From NCBI GenBank assembly GCA_965204755.1, contig OZ242011.1, positions 2,048,001-2,112,000 on the forward strand: DNA of 64,000 nucleotides. The letters run 5' to 3'. The translations under genes and the position numbers were made by a program. Below are positions 57,505-64,000 of this stretch, one piece after another. How positions within the stretch are numbered: position 1 is the stretch's first letter; every line of letters begins with the position of its first letter. Under the pieces are notes generated by a model. The model was not told the origin of the DNA. It made no database searches and saw only the letters and a program-made list of their open reading frames with translations. This DNA comes from Candidatus Marinacidobacterium sp. GTDB taxonomy: Bacteria; Acidobacteriota; Vicinamibacteria; Marinacidobacterales; Marinacidobacteraceae.

Positions 57505-58851
57505 ATGTCCTTTCTTTCCCTCCCCCTTCTTTCCCGGTCGCTTCTTTCCCTGCGTCTTCCTTCCGCGCTCCGGCGTTCCGCCGCCGCGCCGCTCCTCGCG
57601 GTCGCGCTCGTCTTCGCGGTTTCCGCGGCCTGCGGGGCGCCGCCCGAAGAGGAGCCGGCGCCGATGACCGAAGCCGAGATCGAGCAGGAAGCGCGGCGCA
57701 TCCACGATGCGGTCCTCACCCTCGACACCCACATAGACATCCCCTTCGACTACGCGGTCGAAGTGGATCCGGGCAACATCAACGAGGAATACCAGGCGGA
57801 CTACCCGCGGATGCGCGAAGGCGGGCTCGACGCCGCCTTCTTCGTCGTGTACTACGGGCAGACCGAACGCACCCCGGAGGGTTACGAGAAGGCGAAGGAA
57901 GGCGCGATGACCAAGTTCCACGCCATCCACTCCGCCGTGGAGAAGCATTCCGAGGTCATCGAACTCGCGGACACCGCCGACGAGGTGGAGCGCATCCACG
58001 CGTCCGGCAAGTTGGTGGCGCTGATCGGGATCGAGAACGGCTTCGTGGTGGGCAAGGACCTCTCGCTGCTCGAGGAATACCGGAACCTCGGCGCCCGGTA
58101 CATCACGCTCACCCACAACGGCCACAACGACATCGGCGACTCGTGCAACCCGAACCCGGCTTTCGGCGACGAAGCCGAGGAGCACGGCGGCCTGAGCGAG
58201 TTCGGCCGCGAAGTCGTCGCCGAGATGAACCGGCTGGGGATGCTGGTGGATGTGTCCCATGTCTCGAAGAAGACCATGCTGCAGGCGGCGGAGTTCTCGG
58301 CGGCGCCGGTGATCGCGTCGCACTCGTCCGTAAGCGCGCTCGCCGATGTCTCCCGCAACATGGACGACGAACAGTTGCGGGCGCTGGCGGCGAACGGCGG
58401 CGTGATCCAGACGGTGGCGCTCCGCGCCTTCGTGAAGGAAGACCCGCCGGAGAAGACCGCCGACCTCGCGGCGCTGCTGGAGGAGTTCGGCGTCGAGTCC
58501 CGGAGCGAAGCGGCTTCGCTCGACGAGATGCGGCAACAGGAGTTGCGCGCCCGGATGGAGGAAGTCTCGGCGCGTTACCCGGTTACCGTCGCCGACTTCG
58601 TGGACCACATCGACCACGCGATCTCGGTGATCGGCCTCGACCATGTGGCGATCTCTTCCGACTTCGACGGCGGCGGCGGCGTGGACGGCTGGGACGACGC
58701 CTCCGAGACGCTCAATGTAACCATCGAGTTGGTTCGGCGCGGCTACGACGAAGACCAGATCCGCCAACTCTGGAGCGGCAACACGCTGCGGGTCCTGCGC
58801 GAGGCGGAGCGGGTCGCCGCGGAGATGCAGGCGGCCGCCGAGGCTTCCTGA
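57505..58851 (+). CDS. Membrane dipeptidase (M19) lipoprotein
   Basis: DTHID, GIENG, YITLTHNGHN, EMNRLG..VDVSH, ASHS, RNMDD and SDFDGGG. Confidence 0.93.
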   Translation: MSFLSLPLLSRSLLSLRLPSALRRSAAAPLLAVALVFAVSAACGAPPEEEPAPMTEAEIEQEARRIHDAVLTLDTHIDIPFDYAVEVDPGNINEEYQADYPRMREGGLDAAFFVVYYGQTERTPEGYEKAKEGAMTKFHAIHSAVEKHSEVIELADTADEVERIHASGKLVALIGIENGFVVGKDLSLLEEYRNLGARYITLTHNGHNDIGDSCNPNPAFGDEAEEHGGLSEFGREVVAEMNRLGMLVDVSHVSKKTMLQAAEFSAAPVIASHSSVSALADVSRNMDDEQLRALAANGGVIQTVALRAFVKEDPPEKTADLAALLEEFGVESRSEAASLDEMRQQELRARMEEVSARYPVTVADFVDHIDHAISVIGLDHVAISSDFDGGGGVDGWDDASETLNVTIELVRRGYDEDQIRQLWSGNTLRVLREAERVAAEMQAAAEAS

Positions 58852-58858
58852 GCGGTTC

Positions 58859-60013
58859 GTGACTTCCCGTTCGGAGAAGTCGGCGGAGTTCAATCGGGAA
58901 CTCTCGGCCTACGAGCAGGTCGAAAAACTCCAGCGGTACCGCCTCGCCGAAGGCGCCGAGGAGGAGTTCGACGAGGACTTCGTCTTCGAACCCTGCGACC
59001 TGCGCCTCCTCGCTTCCGACGATCCGGAAGAGCGGGCGCGCGGCGTCCGCTCCCTCGGCGAATCCCTGGAGGACACCGGCTTCGCCGTCCTCACCGGCCA
59101 CGGCGTGGCGCCGGAGACTTACGAAGAGGCGCACCGGCGGACGCGGGAGTTCTTCGAAGCCCATACCCTCGAGGAGAAGACGCGCTACCGCGCCCGCCGC
59201 CGCGGCTCGGTGAACCAGGGCTACTTCCCGATCCGGGAAACCACCATGATCCATCCGGACCTGGTGGAAGGCTGGGTCTTCTGCCGCCGCGCGTTCCGCG
59301 TCTCCGGCGGCGGGGGAGATGCCGGCGGCAAGGGAGACGCCGGAGGCGGGGGAGACGGGGATTGGGACGAGCGGGAGTTCTGGCCCTCCGCCGGTTGGGA
59401 GCCGTTCTTCCGCCGCGTCGTCTCCGCGAACGAACGGCTGGTCCTCCCCCTGATGCGGGCCGTGCTCGAATACCTCGGCGAAGACCCGGCGCTCTACGAC
59501 CGCGCCCTCACCCGGCCCAACTTCGGCTTCCGGCTCAACTACTACCCGCCGCTGGCCGGCGAAACCGGGGACGCCGCCGGCCGGATGCTCGGCCACGAGG
59601 ATGTGGACCTGTTCACCCTCCTCCCGGCCTCCGAAGTGGAAGGCCTCCAACTCCTCCACCGCCGTACCATGAAATGGGTGCGCGTCACCGCGCCGCCGGG
59701 AACCATCGTCCTGAACACCGGTGACTACATGCAGCGGATCACCAACGACCGGCTGCCTTCGACCACGCACCGGGTGAGCGCTCCCCGTGACCCGGAGGCC
59801 CGCCGGAAACCGCGCACTTCGTTCCCGATGGCCGTCTATGTATGGGAGGACGAAGTCCTCGAGGTATTGCCGAACCAGGGGCCGCCCCGTTACCCCCCGG
59901 TGCGCGCCGAGGACTTCCATACCCGGATCACCAGCAAGTACTACGGCGACAGTTACCACGAGACCGGCGAGGAGGGCCGCGTCCTCCGGCGCGTTCCCGC
60001 CGCCCTCGGCTGA
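58859..60013 (+). CDS. Isopenicillin N synthase-like 2OG-Fe(II) oxygenase
   Basis: GFAVLTGHGV, RLNYYPP, HEDVD (HxD), NTGDYMQRITND..PST.HRV and RTS. Confidence 0.9.
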   Translation: MTSRSEKSAEFNRELSAYEQVEKLQRYRLAEGAEEEFDEDFVFEPCDLRLLASDDPEERARGVRSLGESLEDTGFAVLTGHGVAPETYEEAHRRTREFFEAHTLEEKTRYRARRRGSVNQGYFPIRETTMIHPDLVEGWVFCRRAFRVSGGGGDAGGKGDAGGGGDGDWDEREFWPSAGWEPFFRRVVSANERLVLPLMRAVLEYLGEDPALYDRALTRPNFGFRLNYYPPLAGETGDAAGRMLGHEDVDLFTLLPASEVEGLQLLHRRTMKWVRVTAPPGTIVLNTGDYMQRITNDRLPSTTHRVSAPRDPEARRKPRTSFPMAVYVWEDEVLEVLPNQGPPRYPPVRAEDFHTRITSKYYGDSYHETGEEGRVLRRVPAALG

Positions 60014-60037
60014 ACCGCTCGCCCCCGGGCGGTTTCG

Positions 60038-60952
60038 ATGGCGCCCCCGCCGGTCCTCGCCCGACTCGAGGGCGCGGCGCACCGCTACGGCAAGACGCCG
60101 GCGCTCGCCGGACTCGACCTCGAAGTCCGCGCCGGCGAAGTGCTCGCGGTGCTCGGCCCGAACGGCGCGGGCAAGACCACCGCGATCCGGCTGCTGCTCG
60201 GCGACCTGCGCATCCAGACCGGCCGGGTCCGGGTCTTCGACCTCCCCCCGGACGCCCCGGAAGTCCGCGCGCGGCGCGGCGCGATGCTGCAGACCTCCGG
60301 CGTCCCGGAAACGCTCACCGTCGCCGAGCACCTCGAACTCTTCCGCGCCTACTACCCGGCGCCGCTCCCGCCGTCCCGGCTGAGCGCGATGGCCGGGCTC
60401 GACGCGCTGGGCGGGCGGCGTTTCGCGCACCTCTCCGGCGGGCAGAAGCAGCGGCTCTTCTTCGCGCTGGCGCTCGCCGGCGACCCGGAGTTGGTCTTCC
60501 TCGACGAACCCACCGCCGGTCTCGACCTCGAAGGCCGGCTCAGCCTCTGGGAAGAGATCCGCCGGCTGCGCGAAGCCGGACGGACGGCGGTGCTCACCAC
60601 CCACTACCTCGAAGAGGCCGACGCGCTCGCCGACCGGGTGGTGGTGATCCACCACGGGGCGGCGATCGCCGAAGGGACGCCCGCCGAAATCAAGAGCCGC
60701 GCCGGCGGGCGCCTGATCCGGGCGCAAACCCGCATCGGCGAAGACGAAGCCGCGTCGCTCGACGGCGTCGTCCGCGTGACGCGCCGGGGCCGCCAACTCG
60801 AAGTCCTGACTTCCCGTCCGGAGGCCGCGCTCCGGAAGATGTTCGCCCTCGACCCGGCCCTCGACGACCTGACCGTCGTCGGCGCCGGACTCGAAGAAGC
60901 GTTCCTGGCGTTGACCGACGGGAGCGGCCCGTCCGACGGAGGCGGCGCATGA
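60038..60952 (+). CDS. ABC transporter ATP-binding protein
   Basis: GPNGAGKTT, LSGGQKQR, FLDEPTAGLD and TTHYLEEA. Confidence 0.95.
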   Translation: MAPPPVLARLEGAAHRYGKTPALAGLDLEVRAGEVLAVLGPNGAGKTTAIRLLLGDLRIQTGRVRVFDLPPDAPEVRARRGAMLQTSGVPETLTVAEHLELFRAYYPAPLPPSRLSAMAGLDALGGRRFAHLSGGQKQRLFFALALAGDPELVFLDEPTAGLDLEGRLSLWEEIRRLREAGRTAVLTTHYLEEADALADRVVVIHHGAAIAEGTPAEIKSRAGGRLIRAQTRIGEDEAASLDGVVRVTRRGRQLEVLTSRPEAALRKMFALDPALDDLTVVGAGLEEAFLALTDGSGPSDGGGA

Positions 60953-61743
60953 CCGCCGGGGCCGCGGTGTCGCCGTCGAAACGCCGCGGCGGCTTCCGGC
61001 GGAGCGCGCGCCTCTACCTGCTGGAGACGCGCGCCCAGTTCCTCAGCGTCTGGCGGCGGCCGGCGTTCGCGGTCCCGACCCTCGCGTTCCCGCTGATGTT
61101 CTACCTGTTCTTCGGCATCGTGATGCCGTCGAGCGGGTTCTCCGCGGCGGCGCCGACTTACCTTCTCGCGACCTACGGGGTCTTCGCGGTGCTCGGCCCT
61201 TCGCTCTTCGGGTTCGGGGTGGGTATGGCGACCGACCGGGACACCGGCGCGCTGGCGCTCAAACGGACGACCCCGATGCCGGTCGCCGCCTACTTCTTCG
61301 CGCGCGTGGCGACCGCCGCGCTCTTCGGCGTGATCCTGGTCGCCTGCCTCTTCCTGCTCGGGGCGTTCGGCGGCGGCGTCGCGCTCCACCGCGGCCAGTG
61401 GTTCGCGCTCGCCGGAGCGATCCTCGCCGGCGTCGTCCCCTTCTCGGCGCTCGGCCTGATGATCGGCGCCTGGGTGAAGGCGCAGGCGGCGGTGGCGATC
61501 GTGAATGTGGTCTTCCTGCCGATGGCGCTCCTCTCCGGCCTGTGGTTTCCCGTCACGATGTTCCCGGAGGCGCTCCGGGCGTTCGCCGGCGTCTTCCCGG
61601 CCTACCATCTCTCGCAACTCGCCCTGAAGACCATCGCGATGGACCTGGGCCATCCGGCGCCCTACCACCTGCTGGTCCTCGCCGGCGAAACCGCCTTCTT
61701 CCTCGCGGTGGTCGTCCGCGGCTACCGCCGTTTCGCCGGCTGA
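60949..61743 (+). CDS. ABC-2 type transporter permease
   Basis: ATGA overlap with the ATPase gene; six TM segments; LSGLWFP..MFP. Confidence 0.9.
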   Translation: MTAGAAVSPSKRRGGFRRSARLYLLETRAQFLSVWRRPAFAVPTLAFPLMFYLFFGIVMPSSGFSAAAPTYLLATYGVFAVLGPSLFGFGVGMATDRDTGALALKRTTPMPVAAYFFARVATAALFGVILVACLFLLGAFGGGVALHRGQWFALAGAILAGVVPFSALGLMIGAWVKAQAAVAIVNVVFLPMALLSGLWFPVTMFPEALRAFAGVFPAYHLSQLALKTIAMDLGHPAPYHLLVLAGETAFFLAVVVRGYRRFAG

Positions 61744-61771
61744 CCCGACTACGAACGAGGCTCGCTGTCCC

Positions 61772-63592
61772 ATGACCGATACCCCGACCGATACCCCGCC
61801 GCGCTCCCGCCGATTCCTCTGGATCGGCGCCGCCGCGCTCGCCGCCTTCGCGGCCCTGCTCGCCTTCCTGCCGACGCCCCCGGACGCGGAACCGCCCGGC
61901 GAGGCGAACGCCGAGACGCGCTTCGCGATCGTGGACGCGACGGTCTTCGACGGGACGGAGTTCCTGCCGAACCGCGATGTCTGGATCGAGGACGGACGCA
62001 TCCACCGGGTCGGACAACGGCTGCGCCTGCCGGACGACCTGCCGCGGGTGGACGGCGCCGGCCGCACGCTCCTGCCGGGAATGCTCGACGCCCACATCCA
62101 TGCCCTGGCGTCGGCGCTGGGAGACTCGCTCCGGTTCGGGGTCACCACGGTCCTCGACCAATTCACGATGACCGACTTCGCCGCGGCGAAACGCCCCGCC
62201 CGCGAAGTCATCGCCCGCACCGCCGAAGCCGACCTCTACTCGGCCGGCACGCTCGCGACCGCCCCCGGAGGACACGGAACCCAGTTCGGCGTCGAGATCG
62301 AAACCCTGGAATCGCCTGAAGAAGCCGCGGCGTTCGTCGCGGCGCGCAAGGCCGAAGGCTCCGACTGGATCAAGGTCGTCTTCGAGGACGGAAGCGCCTA
62401 CGGCTTCGAAACCCCGACGCTCGATGCCGCCACCGTCGCCGCGTTGATCGAGGCCGCGCACGCCGAAGACCTGCTGGCGGTCGTCCATGTGAGCACCCTC
62501 GAACGCGCCCGCCAGGCGGTCGCCGCCGGCGCGGACGGCCTGGTCCACACCTGGGCGGACGAAGTGATCCCGGAGGAAGACGCGCGGGCGTTCGCCGAAG
62601 CCGGCGTCTTCGTCGCCCCCACCCTCTCGGTGGTGCTCGCCGCCGCCGGCCAGTCGATGGGCGAAGCGCTGCTCGAGGAGGCCGCCGACCGCGTTTCCGC
62701 GACGCAGCGCCAAACCTTGAGCAACTCGTTTCCCCGGGCTTCGGGTTCGCCCGAAACCGCCCTCGAGAATGTGCGCCGGCTCCACGCCGCCGGCGTCCCC
62801 ATCCTCGCCGGGACGGACGCCCCGAATCCCGGAACCGGCGCCGGGGTCTCGATGCACGGCGAGTTGCGCCTGCTCGAACGCGCCGGCCTCGCCCCGGCGG
62901 AGGCGCTGGCCGCCGCGACTTCGCTTCCGGCCTCCGCCTTCGGCGTCCCCGACCGGGGCGTGATCGCGGAAGGCGCGCTCGCCGACTTGGCGCTCGTGAA
63001 CGGCGACCTGGAGGCGGACCTGACCCGCAGCCTCGACCTCGCCGCCGTCTGGAAGGACGGTTTCGCCGTGGCGACGGCGGTCGCCGAAGATGCCGGTTCG
63101 TTCCCGGCGGCGCCGGACGAACCCCTGATCTCCGACTTCGAGGACGGCCTCGAGGCCCGCTTCGGCTTCGGCTGGCAGGTGACCACCGACGCCATCTCCC
63201 GCGGCAACTCGGTCGCCGAACTCTCCGTCGAGGACGGCGCGCTGCTGGTCGAAGGCGAAGTGAAGGCCGGTTTCGCCTTCCCCTGGGCCGGGGCGATCTA
63301 CTTCGCCGGCGCCGAACCGATGCAGCCGCTCGACTTCTCCGGACGAACGACGCTCCGTTTCCGCGTCCGGGGCGACGGCAGCCCGCTCTTCGCCATGCTG
63401 TTCGGCGAAGACCCGACCGCCGGAATCCCGCCCACCGTGCCCTTCGAGGCCGGCCCGGAATGGAGCGTCGTCGAAATCCCCCTCGCCGACTTCCCCGCCG
63501 ACGCCCCCGAAATCATCTCCGCCATCGCCTTCGTCGCCCAAGCCCCGCCCCGAACCTTCTCCTTCGCCCTCGACGACCTCGAAATCCGCTGA
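61772..63592 (+). CDS. Amidohydrolase fused to a C-terminal CIA30-like domain
   Basis: PGMLDAHIH, ILAGTDAPN and RG.IAEG..ADL; C-terminal ISDFEDG...RFRVRGDG...LDDLEIR. Confidence 0.85.
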   Translation: MTDTPTDTPPRSRRFLWIGAAALAAFAALLAFLPTPPDAEPPGEANAETRFAIVDATVFDGTEFLPNRDVWIEDGRIHRVGQRLRLPDDLPRVDGAGRTLLPGMLDAHIHALASALGDSLRFGVTTVLDQFTMTDFAAAKRPAREVIARTAEADLYSAGTLATAPGGHGTQFGVEIETLESPEEAAAFVAARKAEGSDWIKVVFEDGSAYGFETPTLDAATVAALIEAAHAEDLLAVVHVSTLERARQAVAAGADGLVHTWADEVIPEEDARAFAEAGVFVAPTLSVVLAAAGQSMGEALLEEAADRVSATQRQTLSNSFPRASGSPETALENVRRLHAAGVPILAGTDAPNPGTGAGVSMHGELRLLERAGLAPAEALAAATSLPASAFGVPDRGVIAEGALADLALVNGDLEADLTRSLDLAAVWKDGFAVATAVAEDAGSFPAAPDEPLISDFEDGLEARFGFGWQVTTDAISRGNSVAELSVEDGALLVEGEVKAGFAFPWAGAIYFAGAEPMQPLDFSGRTTLRFRVRGDGSPLFAMLFGEDPTAGIPPTVPFEAGPEWSVVEIPLADFPADAPEIISAIAFVAQAPPRTFSFALDDLEIR

Positions 63593-63641
63593 TCCCTCCC
63601 GCGGCAGAAGGCGGCTCGATCCGCGGAGCGGCGGATGCCCC

Positions 63642-64000
63642 TCAACCGACCAGCGGCTCGAACTCCGGTCCGCTCATCGGTTCGTGGCGTTCCCATCGAC
63701 TCCGCATTTCCACGAGAACGCGTTGCTCCGACGGGTACGGAGGAAGATTCACCCGCACGACGCGAGCCTCGTAGTTTCCGTCGGACTCCGTCATGGCCAT
63801 CATGAGATCGTGGACGAAGTACCGCGGCGCCCAACCGATGAGGTAGTAGTCCGGCGTCGTCTGGATTTGGACCGCCGGATACTTGGTGGGATTCGTAAGT
63901 TCGACTGCGACATGCAGTCGTTCCTCCGGCAGAAGTCTCTCGACCCTGGCAATCGAATCGTCGTTGGTGTTACGAAGACCATGGAGGAAGAACCGACAGA
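63642..64000 (-). CDS. HIRAN-like domain protein, 5' end outside the window
   Basis: Not in the ORF track. Manual translation gives ..RFFLHGLRN...LHVAVELTNPTKYPAVQIQTTPDYYLIGWAPRYFVHDL...VVRVN.PPYPSEQRVLVEM...PMSGPEFEPLVG*. Confidence 0.62.
   Translation of the reverse strand, partial: CRFFLHGLRNTNDDSIARVERLLPEERLHVAVELTNPTKYPAVQIQTTPDYYLIGWAPRYFVHDLMMAMTESDGNYEARVVRVNLPPYPSEQRVLVEMRSRWERHEPMSGPEFEPLVG

Noticed and set aside
51657-57740. 2027-aa minus-strand ORF and other long Arg/Pro/Gly-rich ORFs (e.g. 53453..57088, 43925..47419, 46749..49409, 31380..33674)
   Set aside because: Shadow frames of real genes in high-GC DNA; no motifs and abnormal composition.

Overview
High-GC bacterial chromosomal window, most likely from an Acidobacteriota genome (ADOP-type duplicated permease, two Acidobacterial-type VWA proteins, separate atpZ-I-B-E cluster). 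Ankyrin and FN3 surface proteins would fit a host-associated lifestyle such as a sponge symbiont, but that is inference. Housekeeping genes include tsaD, mtnA, atpB/E/I/Z, nuoL/M, a DksA-like gene, dgt, pcm and an Sdh operon, plus several peptidases and amidohydrolases. Five accessory features stand out. (1) A tandem array of three ~925-aa paralogous FN3 lipoproteins (31.6-40.4 kb), each with a poly-C tract (C21, C24, C18) ten bases after its RBS-linked start. Only copy 3 is in frame, and the copies have mosaic, hypervariable C-terminal loops, so this is a candidate phase-variable surface antigen/adhesin system. (2) A six-gene cassette (7.9-11.5 kb) of a small wHTH-like gene, two DUF6884-like genes and three GIY-YIG-like paralogs, a candidate defence system. 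(3) An operon of an intact and a degenerate HARE-HTH/GIY-YIG paralog followed by a HipA kinase that has no HipB and lacks the Ser150-equivalent residue. (4) A dGTPase translationally coupled to a WYL regulator. (5) A foreign islet (49.8-51.6 kb) that appears to have replaced the 3' half of a membrane-protein gene. The backbone strongly avoids ACGT and AGCT. Two edge-truncated genes are missing from the ORF track: a DNA methyltransferase on the left and a HIRAN-like protein on the right. No rRNA, tRNA, CRISPR array, transposase or integrase was recognised.
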